Virus record (IMG/VR): IMGVR_UViG_3300032931_000293
Strand: one strand, 5' to 3'
DNA length: 64,000 bases
Source of the DNA: an uncultured virus (IMG/VR IMGVR_UViG_3300032931_000293)
Taxonomy: Duplodnaviria; Heunggongvirae; Uroviricota; Caudoviricetes
A program made the translations under genes and the position numbers. Positions 49,923-58,919 of this stretch are shown one piece after another; positions within the stretch are counted from its first letter, which is position 1, and each line of letters starts with the position of its first letter. Under the pieces are notes generated by a model that searched no databases, was not told the origin of the DNA, and saw nothing but the letters and a program-made list of their open reading frames with translations.

Positions 49923-50429
49923 TTAATTCCTTATAATCTTATTATAGTTCTCATACTCAAATAATACATATCCCGAATCAAAAATATCATAAAAAGAATC
50001 ATCAATATATTTACTATATGGACCTACATGAAACCACTTAATAAAATAAAAATCATCTAAAGCCATACGTCTTCCATTATACCATATATACTTTACAAAT
50101 TTTTCAGCCATTGCTTGACAATGGTCTTCAGTATTCATATTACCCTTAGATACTAAATTCCACCTTCTAAAATAACCCCATTGATATACTGGAATAGTAA
50201 TTGGATCTTCTTTACAACCACGCCTAACTTTCCATTTACCATGCTCCTCATGGTTATATAATAAAATAGGAACAGTCCTATCTATATCATGAATCCTATT
50301 AATAATATTATTACTAAAATTAAAAGTCGCTTCTCTAACCTTTTTATTAATAGCCGCCTCTTTCAGTGCCTTTCTTCTAATGTATTCATTCTCTATATCA
50401 TCATCACTTATAATAGATAAATCAATCAT
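49923..50429 (-). CDS. Hypothetical protein
   Basis: Packing. Confidence 0.55.
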   Translation of the reverse strand: MIDLSIISDDDIENEYIRRKALKEAAINKKVREATFNFSNNIINRIHDIDRTVPILLYNHEEHGKWKVRRGCKEDPITIPVYQWGYFRRWNLVSKGNMNTEDHCQAMAEKFVKYIWYNGRRMALDDFYFIKWFHVGPYSKYIDDSFYDIFDSGYVLFEYENYNKIIRN

Positions 50430-50664
50430 TTATTTTATCCTTAATAGTTTCTAAATCAAACCCATACTCCACTTCAAATTCGTCAATCGTTGATGTATCA
50501 CCATCAATTTCACCATTTACATAGCCCCTTACACATACAATACCACTATTCCGCCAAGATTCCCATTCTTCCCTAGTAAACCGCTTTCCATCATAATCAA
50601 ATACCTCAGTACCTACATCATAATAAGTATCTTGCTTTGCTATAAGTTTAATGTAATTACCCAT
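50422..50664 (-). CDS. Hypothetical protein, first gene of leftward operon
   Basis: AGGAGG RBS; promoter at 50702-50716. Confidence 0.6.
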   Translation of the reverse strand: MGNYIKLIAKQDTYYDVGTEVFDYDGKRFTREEWESWRNSGIVCVRGYVNGEIDGDTSTIDEFEVEYGFDLETIKDKIND

Positions 50665-50701
50665 ATAAATTCCTCCTAATATACTCCATTGCCTAAAAAG
50701 T

Positions 50702-50716
50702 ATCCTATGTCCAAAA
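50702..50716 (-). promoter_or_regulatory. TTTTGGA-N2-TAnnnT promoter class (example copy)
   Basis: Same spacing at 15649(+), 20017(+), 26835(+), 30939(-), 40592(-), 44044(-), 47882(-), 49165(-). Confidence 0.6.
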
Positions 50717-50900
50717 TCATTAAGGTCAATAATGGGGAGATTGAAAAACTACTTGGAAGATACTATGAGCTACTTGAAAGACCTTCTAAAATATAAATAT
50801 TCAAAAATTTATAACATGATGTCCATATTACGGGTATAAATATGTGGTATAATACTATACGAGCATTAATAACCTAAATATAACCCATAAAGGGGAACAA

Positions 50901-51962
50901 ATGAGAGACTCTACTTTTTCTAACTTATATACAAAATTCCAAGAATTAGGAATAACTGTTAATGAGGTTATTCCTACGCCAACCGGAAAGTATGATGGAA
51001 TTGTTACATATAACTATACTAATATAACAACTCGTATTAGTAGATTAGATAAATTTTACTCTAACAGTAAATTATCTTTCAAGTTACATAAAGATATATT
51101 AAAGGATACTAAAAGATATAAAGACACCCGATATGTAGTAAATAAAAATGGAGATGTATTTAGCACTATAGGAGCAATAAAAAAGATAAAACCACAAATA
51201 AAACATGGGTGTCTTTATTTTAATTCATCATTATCACATAAACTAATAATATCTAATGTAGTTATGGAATCTTGGGGAAACGTAAAACCAACCGAAGACT
51301 CGTATATTCGACATTTAAATGATAATAGAATGGATTGTAGATTAGAAAATCTTAAATGGGTATCAGATATACGAGATGAATATATAGATAATTTATATAA
51401 AATGGGAGTAGTATTAACTAATTGTGTGAAAAACGAGACTGGATCTTATATGGGAACTATACAATATCTCCACACTAATATTGTTAAAAAAATAAATGAT
51501 ATTGGAGATTTCTATAAAAACTATAAAAATAATTTTAAACTTAATAAAGATATTTTAAAGGATACTAAACAATATAAAAATACTCATATATTTTCAAATA
51601 AAAATGGGGACATATTTAGTGTAAATGGATTAGTTAAAAGACTAAATAATGTATCTAAAAATGGATATGTTGATGTCAGGGGTATTCCGGCACATCATAT
51701 AGTATTGGAATCTTGGGGATTTCATCGACCATCAAATAACCATATAGTAAGGCATCTAAATGATATACCTAGTGATAATAGATTGGAAAATCTTAAATGG
51801 GATTTTCAAATAGTTAATATGAAAGATAAAGATGTTAATGAAGATAAAAGAAAAGAATTACTTAAACGGCTTTTAGATGCTAATCTATTTACTTTAGAAG
51901 AAATTTCAATTCTTATGAAAGTTAAATTAGAATCAATTGAAGGTATTATAAAAACTTTTTGA
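50901..51962 (+). CDS. HNH endonuclease with an internally duplicated module
   Basis: RHLNDNRMDCRLENLKW and RHLNDIPSDNRLENLKW; duplicated KDILKDTKxYK. Confidence 0.8.
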   Translation: MRDSTFSNLYTKFQELGITVNEVIPTPTGKYDGIVTYNYTNITTRISRLDKFYSNSKLSFKLHKDILKDTKRYKDTRYVVNKNGDVFSTIGAIKKIKPQIKHGCLYFNSSLSHKLIISNVVMESWGNVKPTEDSYIRHLNDNRMDCRLENLKWVSDIRDEYIDNLYKMGVVLTNCVKNETGSYMGTIQYLHTNIVKKINDIGDFYKNYKNNFKLNKDILKDTKQYKNTHIFSNKNGDIFSVNGLVKRLNNVSKNGYVDVRGIPAHHIVLESWGFHRPSNNHIVRHLNDIPSDNRLENLKWDFQIVNMKDKDVNEDKRKELLKRLLDANLFTLEEISILMKVKLESIEGIIKTF

Positions 51963-52270
51963 GGCTAAAATTCCGCCGCCAAAAAAATTTTTTAAATTAG
52001 ACATATACACAAAAAAATTTGATAATCCTAAAATTAGTCCACTGGTCTAGACCCCCATTTTTTAAGCCTATCTATGTCTATAAACACTGTCCAGATAACG
52101 ATTTATGCCTTTTAACCCCCTATTAATTACCCAACTAACTACCCAATTTAATAGTACCTTCCAAGATACTCCCAATTATCTTCCCACCAATTCCCCCTTG
52201 AGTGGTGTATGATACACCCACTATGTATTTTCCCTCTTGACATTCCTTTCCCGTATCTACAATGTCCCTT

Positions 52271-52582
52271 ATGAGCAACACCTATCCTCTTCCTCTTGCG
52301 CAGGCCAATCTTGTTCGTTGGTTGGACAAGCGTGTACCTCTCACGGCTGGTGACGTTACCCTTAGCATCGAGGAACGTTCCAAGTTAATCACGATGATCT
52401 ACAATGGTAGCATTCCAATTTTCATTAGGAAGGATTGCGAGGATAGTTATTCATTGATAGTTGATGAGGGTAAGGGGTCAATTGAGGACTTTTATGTGCT
52501 TGAGGCTAACGTATGTGGTGACAATATTTGTCAGGTGATGGAAGACAATTCAATTCGTTTTAGTCAATGGAAGATGGCTTGA
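52271..52582 (+). CDS. Small early protein, leaderless
   Basis: ATG 7 nt after TACAAT; stop inside the next -35 box. Confidence 0.6.
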   Translation: MSNTYPLPLAQANLVRWLDKRVPLTAGDVTLSIEERSKLITMIYNGSIPIFIRKDCEDSYSLIVDEGKGSIEDFYVLEANVCGDNICQVMEDNSIRFSQWKMA

Positions 52583-52611
52583 CATCCTCTAAAGTCACTT
52601 AGGATACACAT

Positions 52612-52797
52612 ATGGACAACATACAAGTCGCTCTCAATAAGATCCAAGCTTTTAAGCGAGGTGAGCGGATGATAGTATCTGGGGCATGGTTGGATGTGCT
52701 ATCTGATCTTGATCCCGATTTAGCTTGCAAGGTGAAGAGTATTCCGAATCCTGACCGAGTGGGCTTGTTGGATCAATACGTGGCTTGGATTGGCTAA
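52612..52797 (+). CDS. Small early protein, leaderless
   Basis: ATG 6 nt after TAGGAT. Confidence 0.6.
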   Translation: MDNIQVALNKIQAFKRGERMIVSGAWLDVLSDLDPDLACKVKSIPNPDRVGLLDQYVAWIG

Positions 52798-52960
52798 AAA
52801 GGGGCTTGAGTAGCTTTTGAGTAGCTTTTGAGTAGCTCTTAAACCCTTAAGGGTTAGGAAGCTACCTTGAAGCCCTTGAGTAGTGTGTGATACAGTCAAT
52901 AAGAACCTATCTTGACATTCATTTCCGATCTACTATAAAGCCACTTACAAGGAGCCTACT

Positions 52961-53086
52961 ATGACATTCCATGAGTTTTTCGGTGATGGTGAGGTTATTA
53001 GTGCGATGGTAACGGTTGGTATAATTTGTATTGCGATGATTACTCCTAACATTTGTGTTGCAATTCGTCGGATTGGTCGGAAGTGA
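52961..53086 (+). CDS. 41-aa membrane peptide
   Basis: AAGGAG RBS; hydrophobic core. Confidence 0.5.
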   Translation: MTFHEFFGDGEVISAMVTVGIICIAMITPNICVAIRRIGRK

Positions 53087-53235
53087 CAAGTTTTGTCATA
53101 GGGATAGTTGTTGGTATTGTAGCCTATCGAGTAGTTATGGAGAAGCTTAGAGCTATTTTCAAGTAACTTTGTAAGCCCTCTAAGGGGGCTTGACTTTTTT
53201 CCCCATCTATTAGGATATACTCAAGGAACCCAACC

Positions 53236-53487
53236 ATGATCCCTATTCTTTTCTTTATCTTTCTTAGTATTGCGGTAGTTTCGTTTATTACGGCACTTAT
53301 AAATCTATTGCTAGGTGCTAGGAGGATCCAGAACATGGCATGGAATGCAGATTTTAGGGACAGTAATGGTACAATTAGCAAGACATTTTTGATTCATATT
53401 ATTTGTGCAATTTTCTATGTAATTAGTAGTATTGGGACGGCCATTCTTGGTATTGCTTGGATAGTTCAAGCGATCAAGGGGGTTTGA
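53236..53487 (+). CDS. Two-TM membrane protein
   Basis: Promoter, AAGGA RBS, two hydrophobic helices. Confidence 0.6.
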   Translation: MIPILFFIFLSIAVVSFITALINLLLGARRIQNMAWNADFRDSNGTISKTFLIHIICAIFYVISSIGTAILGIAWIVQAIKGV

Positions 53488-53488
53488 C

Positions 53489-53671
53489 ATGAATTACATT
53501 AAGGTTAATGACGATGATGATGGGGTTGTGATTGTTGAGGATTATGAGGGTGGCATTAAGTCATTTTCGTACAACGGTGGTTACGAGAAGAAGCAAGCCC
53601 GAAGAGCGGGAGAGAAGTTGGCGGAACGGGTTGCAAAGGAGAAGGGATGCGATTGGGGATGCAACTATTGA
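53489..53671 (+). CDS. Small early protein
   Basis: Stop inside the next -35 box. Confidence 0.55.
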   Translation: MNYIKVNDDDDGVVIVEDYEGGIKSFSYNGGYEKKQARRAGEKLAERVAKEKGCDWGCNY

Positions 53672-53700
53672 CTTTCTTTGAAGGTTGATAGGATACTATT

Positions 53701-53868
53701 ATGATTAAATACTCTGAGATTGAGCATCTTCCTTTGGATCATCCTTTGATGCTTCAGTTTATGAAGCAAGAGAGGGATCTTGAGGTTTACAAGGAGACTT
53801 CTAGGGATTGTGGTATGGATGAAGAGTCAATGGAATATTTCAATCGATATGTTGCGGGAGACAAGTAG
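53701..53868 (+). CDS. 55-aa leaderless protein
   Basis: ATG 6 nt after TAGGAT. Confidence 0.55.
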   Translation: MIKYSEIEHLPLDHPLMLQFMKQERDLEVYKETSRDCGMDEESMEYFNRYVAGDK

Positions 53869-53921
53869 CCTCTTGACTTCCGATCCTTCCGCATACACTT
53901 TCATTCATAAGGAAACATACC

Positions 53922-54101
53922 ATGCGATTCCCGGTTACGGTTTGGTTTGACAACGGAAACAAGGTCAAGTGTGAGAATGACAAGGATCTCAAGAATGAAA
54001 TCCTTAATGCTCATTCGGAGCAAATCTTTGCCGAATCAATCCATGATGCGGATGGGAAGGACCTTGGATGCCATTGGAGTGTGAAGATTGTTCCACTTTG
54101 A
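53922..54101 (+). CDS. 59-aa protein
   Basis: Promoter 53873, AAGGA RBS. Confidence 0.55.
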   Translation: MRFPVTVWFDNGNKVKCENDKDLKNEILNAHSEQIFAESIHDADGKDLGCHWSVKIVPL

Positions 54102-54114
54102 AGTAATCTTTTAG

Positions 54115-54255
54115 TTTTATGCTACTACGAGGTAGAAGCCTCGATTGAGAATAAAGCATAGGTCCGAAAGGAAATCCCTTTGCCGAGTAGATTCCCGAAA
54201 GGTAAAGCCAGAAGGATACCCGACCCCGAGCGAAAGCCCAGGGTTGTTTTTGTTT
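54115..54255 (+). ncRNA. Candidate structured RNA (GAAA tetraloops, loop-E-like motif)
   Basis: Stems TATGCT/AGCATA, CGAGG/CCTCG, TCC-GAAA-GGA, CTTTGCC/GGTAAAG, CGACCC/GGGTTG, T tail. Confidence 0.5.
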
Positions 54256-54415
54256 GATTTGGTGTATCACACACTGCTCAAGGGGATGTCCTCTTGAATG
54301 TCTGGTATTGCCAGGTTGTAAGTTGCTTTATAGTAACTTGTTATGCTTTTAAGTTACTTTGAATGTCCTTAAAGATGTCCTATTGACAAGTTGAGTTGAT
54401 GTGTTAGGATATGAG

Positions 54416-54470
54416 CCGCTATCACTATGAACGTGAGCAGAAGCCCTAGGTGTGTCGCCTAGGGTTTTTT
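54416..54470 (+). ncRNA. Candidate sRNA of about 55 nt
   Basis: Own promoter 54383-54410 and terminator CCCTAGG/CCTAGGG-T6. Confidence 0.5.
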
Positions 54471-54506
54471 GTTTGACTTTATCGAGTGGCTTGATATGAT
54501 ATGAAT

Positions 54507-54650
54507 ATGAGACATCAAGAACTTGCTTCGGGATACGCTACTTACGACGTTCAGGACTGCAAGTCGGCTCGAAAGTCGATTCGATACTATAAGCGTAAGG
54601 CCCATAAGGCTTTACGGCAGATCCGCAAGAAGGAAATAAACGAGGAATAA
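54507..54650 (+). CDS. 47-aa basic leaderless protein
   Basis: ATG 6 nt after TATGAT; K/R-rich. Confidence 0.55.
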   Translation: MRHQELASGYATYDVQDCKSARKSIRYYKRKAHKALRQIRKKEINEE

Positions 54651-54653
54651 AAC

Positions 54654-54860
54654 ATGACTCTTTCGCCTGCATTTATTGAGACATTGAAGGTTATTGCTAA
54701 GAAAAAGACTTGGCAAGACAAAGATGATGAAAACGGTGAATATTTTAACCCTTATGATTGGTGCGGTGGTAACTTTAATGATGCATATGAGGGTGGTGTA
54801 GTTACAGGAGAAATTGAAATGGCTAGAACCGTCCTTGAAGAACTAGGGATTGACTTTTAA
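54654..54860 (+). CDS. Small early protein
   Basis: GGNFNDAYEGG...GE..AR motif; RBS. Confidence 0.6.
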   Translation: MTLSPAFIETLKVIAKKKTWQDKDDENGEYFNPYDWCGGNFNDAYEGGVVTGEIEMARTVLEELGIDF

Positions 54861-54882
54861 GGAAGCTCATTAAGATACTATT

Positions 54883-55089
54883 ATGAGCTACGAACTTCGT
54901 TCCGCCGACTTCCAAAATGTAATCTTCACGGCATCTACATATGATGATATGTGGAAGCAACTTATGGATTTCAAGGATGCACAACTTGATGGTAATATTG
55001 ATGGACTCATTATCTGTAATACTATCACCAAGGAATGGGATTATGCTTGGAGGGTTGCAATCAACCACAAGGATTTGTTGGTTTCATGA
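54883..55089 (+). CDS. Small leaderless protein
   Basis: ATG 6 nt after TAAGAT. Confidence 0.6.
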   Translation: MSYELRSADFQNVIFTASTYDDMWKQLMDFKDAQLDGNIDGLIICNTITKEWDYAWRVAINHKDLLVS

Positions 55090-55310
55090 GCTACGCCCTT
55101 TGGAAGAAATTGAAGTCACTTGATTATGAGATCGCTATGAAGGATCTTGACATCAATGATGAAATGGTTAATCTTCCATTCCCGGTTGGTAGGATTGCTT
55201 TCAAGATGTTCAAGGACCATCGTGGAGGTGGTTATGATGTCCTTTATTGGACATATACGCATACCGGACCCGGATCAAATAAAACAACTTACACGATTTG
55301 GAACAAATGA
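55086..55310 (+). CDS. Small early protein
   Basis: ATGA overlap. Confidence 0.5.
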   Translation: MSYALWKKLKSLDYEIAMKDLDINDEMVNLPFPVGRIAFKMFKDHRGGGYDVLYWTYTHTGPGSNKTTYTIWNK

Positions 55311-55492
55311 ACAACAATGAAATTCCCCGCCGTCTAAGTTCAAGTACCAATCCTTTGTCTAATGAAAAGCAAAAATGGTTAAATTGGTGCTACGATTATG
55401 GGAGTGATATTCGTGATTCGCTTCCTCCCGGACCCGAAAAGGAAAAAATGACTAATCTCTTGGCCGGACTCATCCTTGTAGATGGTGAATAA
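55307..55492 (+). CDS. Small early protein
   Basis: ATGA overlap. Confidence 0.5.
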   Translation: MNNNEIPRRLSSSTNPLSNEKQKWLNWCYDYGSDIRDSLPPGPEKEKMTNLLAGLILVDGE

Positions 55493-55493
55493 A

Positions 55494-55748
55494 ATGATTA
55501 AAACTCTTAGTAACGTTCATTATCATATGGACATGGGTTGCGGAATTGATGTATGGCGCATTGTTGGTGATGATGAAGAGGGTAGAACCAAGTCGATTTC
55601 GACCCCCGTCAAAATGGATGAGAAAAACGACATTCTAACTACCGCTAGTGGTTCGGTGTATCATATCACTAACTATAGTGGTAGTCGTGAAATGTTCATT
55701 GCCCAAGTGGTGAAGGACATTGCAAACGGAGGGTATGAAGTCCGTTGA
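55494..55748 (+). CDS. Small early protein
   Basis: T.SGSVY motif; stop inside the next -35 box. Confidence 0.55.
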   Translation: MIKTLSNVHYHMDMGCGIDVWRIVGDDEEGRTKSISTPVKMDEKNDILTTASGSVYHITNYSGSREMFIAQVVKDIANGGYEVR

Positions 55749-55793
55749 CTTCTACTCTCAAGCCGCTATAAAGCTACTCACAAGGAAACTATC

Positions 55794-55997
55794 ATGGCCA
55801 CCATTAGACTTAATGCGTTTGACAAGGATTCAAGCGGATCCTACTCGGAAACGGTTGAAGTTTCCTCCCTTGATGAACTCAAGGCAAAGGAAAAGGTGTT
55901 TGATGGTGCGGTTCCCTTCACTCGGTTCTATTTTGACCATGAAGTGTTGGAGTGTAACGATGAAGCTATTGAACAATATTGTGATGAATTGATTTGA
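55794..55997 (+). CDS. Small acidic early protein
   Basis: Promoter, AAGGA RBS. Confidence 0.6.
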   Translation: MATIRLNAFDKDSSGSYSETVEVSSLDELKAKEKVFDGAVPFTRFYFDHEVLECNDEAIEQYCDELI

Positions 55998-55998
55998 C

Positions 55999-56169
55999 AT
56001 GAGGGGTTATATTGATGCCCCCGATGGTACTCGATACTACGGGGAAGGAAAAACTTCTAAAGATATATACAATGAGGTAAATCGTCAAGTGCTTCAGATG
56101 CATGATGGTAAGATTCCGTCTAGTTGGTTAGGAAAAGCATCAACATTGGTTATTACGGATAAGCAATGA
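55999..56169 (+). CDS. 56-aa protein
   Basis: Fills the gap; ATGA overlap with next gene. Confidence 0.45.
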   Translation: MRGYIDAPDGTRYYGEGKTSKDIYNEVNRQVLQMHDGKIPSSWLGKASTLVITDKQ

Positions 56170-56402
56170 TCCATCAAACGATTGGAGTGTATCCTAATGG
56201 TGATTACAAGATGAACGGAGTACCTTCCGAGCATCTCGAAAATCATATCGAGTATAATAAATTATGGCGATGGGGTCGGGCTTTAATTGTTGATGGTGTA
56301 GTGGTTTATAAGGGAAATGTCCATGAGGAAACCCTTAAAATGGTACTCGATAAGATTCCGTCAATGTTCAAGCCGACTAAGGATACACAACCTTATCATT
56401 GA
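56166..56402 (+). CDS. Small early protein
   Basis: HIEYN..WR.GRAL.VDG; stop in TTGAC. Confidence 0.6.
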   Translation: MIHQTIGVYPNGDYKMNGVPSEHLENHIEYNKLWRWGRALIVDGVVVYKGNVHEETLKMVLDKIPSMFKPTKDTQPYH

Positions 56403-56517
56403 CAAGTAGCTTCGTGGGTGAAATCCCACCCGAACCTTGAGTAGTGTATGATACACATTATCAAGTTACTTGGAATTGACTACTTGACTTTTACTCTGAA
56501 GCTACTAGGATACTATT

Positions 56518-56754
56518 ATGAGCAACACCATCGATCTCCGCAACTGTGTCAAGGGGCAGAAGCTCCGTTCTTCGCAAGGTGCAATCCTCACCTATTCTAA
56601 GCCATTGGAAGAGGGTAACTTCTACGATCATGAAGTGATCTACCCCGATGGTAGCTTCGGAACTCGCATCCATGATGGGCATGTGTATCGTAATCCCGAC
56701 AAGCGGATTCCCGAGGATCATGATATCGTGGAAATCCTCCCGATTGATGCTTGA
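56518..56754 (+). CDS. Small leaderless protein
   Basis: ATG 6 nt after TAGGAT; stop inside the next -35 box. Confidence 0.65.
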   Translation: MSNTIDLRNCVKGQKLRSSQGAILTYSKPLEEGNFYDHEVIYPDGSFGTRIHDGHVYRNPDKRIPEDHDIVEILPIDA

Positions 56755-56784
56755 CATTCCCAATCCCCTTGTATAGTCATACCC

Positions 56785-56853
56785 ATGAAGACAATCATCA
56801 ACATCATCACCAACATCATCGTGATTTTCGGTAACTCGGAAATGGAAGGATAA
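56785..56853 (+). CDS. 22-aa Ile-rich leaderless micropeptide
   Basis: ATG 7 nt after TATAGT; ends on the RBS of the next gene. Confidence 0.4.
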   Translation: MKTIINIITNIIVIFGNSEMEG

Positions 56854-56854
56854 C

Positions 56855-57319
56855 ATGCAAGCCAACGGAAATGCGCCAATCAAGGTTAAAGTGGGAAGCC
56901 GCTACATTGACCTTATGAACACTGTCGTAAAGATCAAAAAGGTCACAAAGACGGGTTGGTTCATTTCCGATCAGTCAAGCTACCGTGAAGATGGTACTTG
57001 CTACCACGGTGCCGCATTGAATCTCTATAAGGAAATTGAAGATACTAAGGATGTTGATTCGTCAATTCATGATATCCTAAATAGTAATGCGGATAAATTT
57101 GTTAATTATATCGGTAGCTTGCGGGATCGTTAGCAAGATGAAAAAGAGCATGAAGATATCGCCAATTATATGAGTGCTATTAATGTGTTCACTCAAACTA
57201 CTATCCCCAACGTAACGGAAGTCAAGGCTAGTAAGTGGTCGGTATCATTTAAGATGCCAAACAATCGTACATATTCATATTACCTTAAAGGTAACAACGG
57301 CGGATTGAAGGAAATATGA
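56855..57319 (+). pseudogene. Gene interrupted by in-frame TAG at 57131-57133
   Basis: Frame stays open 61 codons past the TAG; LRDR*QDEKEHED context suggests a Trp codon. Confidence 0.55.
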
Positions 57320-57465
57320 TGGAAACATTTAGGGTAAATCAATCTGCTAAAAGGGCGTTGAAGATTCTCTTGGACAATTTTGAGAAACATGGTATTCCGG
57401 TTAATACGGATGTAATTGCCGAATTAGAATATATTATTTCCTCAACTACAGAATCTACTGAATGA
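57316..57465 (+). CDS. 49-aa protein
   Basis: AAGGA RBS, ATGA overlap. Confidence 0.45.
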   Translation: MMETFRVNQSAKRALKILLDNFEKHGIPVNTDVIAELEYIISSTTESTE

Positions 57466-57587
57466 ATCAAGTAGCCTTTTAATCCCTCATGGGCTTAGAA
57501 GCTCCCCTTGAATAGTGTATCATACATATTATCGAGTTACCTGGAATTATCCTCTTGACTTCCATTCCTACTTGCTAGGATACATTC

Positions 57588-57893
57588 ATGAGCCACAACC
57601 ATAAGAAGATCCGCCAGACCTCCACCGTGACCACCGCTTGCGAAATCTCTTTCGGAGTGGACAATATGCGCTATGGAACGGTGTGTGTTCCTATCGGTGC
57701 GGAAGTGGAGCGTTTCAAGGAAGGTGGAGTTATCTCGGATTGGTTCCTAGTTAACCCCGGCAAGTATTGTCCCGAAAGTGCCATGTTTGATGGTAAGCCA
57801 TCGCATGGATATATGTGGGATGCTACTTATAGGGGTATCCGTTTGCCATATGCCAATGTGAAGGACGGACATCCGAAGTTTTTTGTTGCTTGA
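57588..57893 (+). CDS. Small leaderless protein
   Basis: ATG 6 nt after TAGGAT; stop inside the next -35 box. Confidence 0.65.
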   Translation: MSHNHKKIRQTSTVTTACEISFGVDNMRYGTVCVPIGAEVERFKEGGVISDWFLVNPGKYCPESAMFDGKPSHGYMWDATYRGIRLPYANVKDGHPKFFVA

Positions 57894-57923
57894 CTTCTAC
57901 GCCTACCCTCTACAATCAAAACC

Positions 57924-58235
57924 ATGACCACCACCGCCATGCTCACTGCTAAAACCATCTTGAACCAAATCGGCTCCAATAGCCTCATGTGCCTTGGGGT
58001 TCCTCGCAATTCCATCTATGCTATTCCGGAAACTTCCGAGCATCTTGGAGGGGTTCAATTCAAGTTCACGAATTGTCCCAAGGTTCGTAATGGCACCGTC
58101 CGAGTGATTCTGATGCCGAATGATACATATAACGTTGAAATCCTCAACGTTCGTGGCCGGAAGATTGCCGAGTTTTCCGATGTGTATTGTGACAACTTGG
58201 GGCGTGATGGCGTGATTGAAGGTGTTACCGGTTGA
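57924..58235 (+). CDS. Conserved hypothetical phage protein, leaderless
   Basis: A.TIL.QIG...DTY.VE...DVYCD.L pattern; stop inside the next -35 box. Confidence 0.65.
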   Translation: MTTTAMLTAKTILNQIGSNSLMCLGVPRNSIYAIPETSEHLGGVQFKFTNCPKVRNGTVRVILMPNDTYNVEILNVRGRKIAEFSDVYCDNLGRDGVIEGVTG

Positions 58236-58264
58236 CATCGTAGGAAAGTCGCTAGGATACAATC

Positions 58265-58351
58265 ATGCGAAAGCCCTTCTACTGCTTCCGGAACCACCAA
58301 CTGGTGCTTAATAGCCGATGGAAGCGATTTGTCCTCGCCATTGGGGCTTGA
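58265..58351 (+). CDS. 28-aa leaderless micropeptide
   Basis: Spans exactly from one -10 (+6 nt) to the TGA of the next -35 box. Confidence 0.5.
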   Translation: MRKPFYCFRNHQLVLNSRWKRFVLAIGA

Positions 58352-58381
58352 CTTCCCTTTCCCACTCATTAGGATACTCAC

Positions 58382-58594
58382 ATGAGCATCACCGAAGACC
58401 TCGCCACCAACGCACCCCTTGAAGTCAAGGCTACCGTCTTTGCCGAGTATCACAATGACCGTGAAGTAGCTTACAAGGCGGTTGAAAACTACTGCAATGA
58501 TAATTTGATCTATTCGGATGGATCCATTGCAAAGGTCATGGAAATGATCTACGAGAATGTTTCATTTAATGTTGCTTTTGAAGTGGAAGGATAA
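58382..58594 (+). CDS. Small acidic leaderless protein
   Basis: ATG 6 nt after TAGGAT. Confidence 0.6.
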   Translation: MSITEDLATNAPLEVKATVFAEYHNDREVAYKAVENYCNDNLIYSDGSIAKVMEMIYENVSFNVAFEVEG

Positions 58595-58647
58595 TAACTC
58601 TTGACTTCCTCAAAAGACTTGTAAGCTACTCTCAAGGAACCTAAGCC

Positions 58648-58803
58648 ATGATGATCGTCAAAAAGGATGAAACCTACTGCCTTGGTCTTGAAGTCCCGGA
58701 AGGTTGGACTCTTGTCAAGGATGGGTTTACTTCCAATGTAGAGGCTCAACAGTGGCTCTGGAATGAAATCGATTCCATTCCCGAAGGCTACGGATTGCCC
58801 TAA
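58648..58803 (+). CDS. 51-aa protein
   Basis: Promoter 58601, AAGGA RBS. Confidence 0.5.
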   Translation: MMIVKKDETYCLGLEVPEGWTLVKDGFTSNVEAQQWLWNEIDSIPEGYGLP

Positions 58804-58919
58804 AGGGATTATGAGTAGCTCGGAAAGCTACTCCACCCCTTGAGTAGTGTGTGATACGGATTATCGAGTAACTTGGAATTAACTTCTTGACATTCATTCC
58901 TAGTTATTATAATATTCAT

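Noticed and set aside
54125..54200. Lysine riboswitch (GAGGTAGA...GAAAGG...GCCGA)
   Set aside because: Too short for P2, P3-P5 are missing and no regulated gene follows
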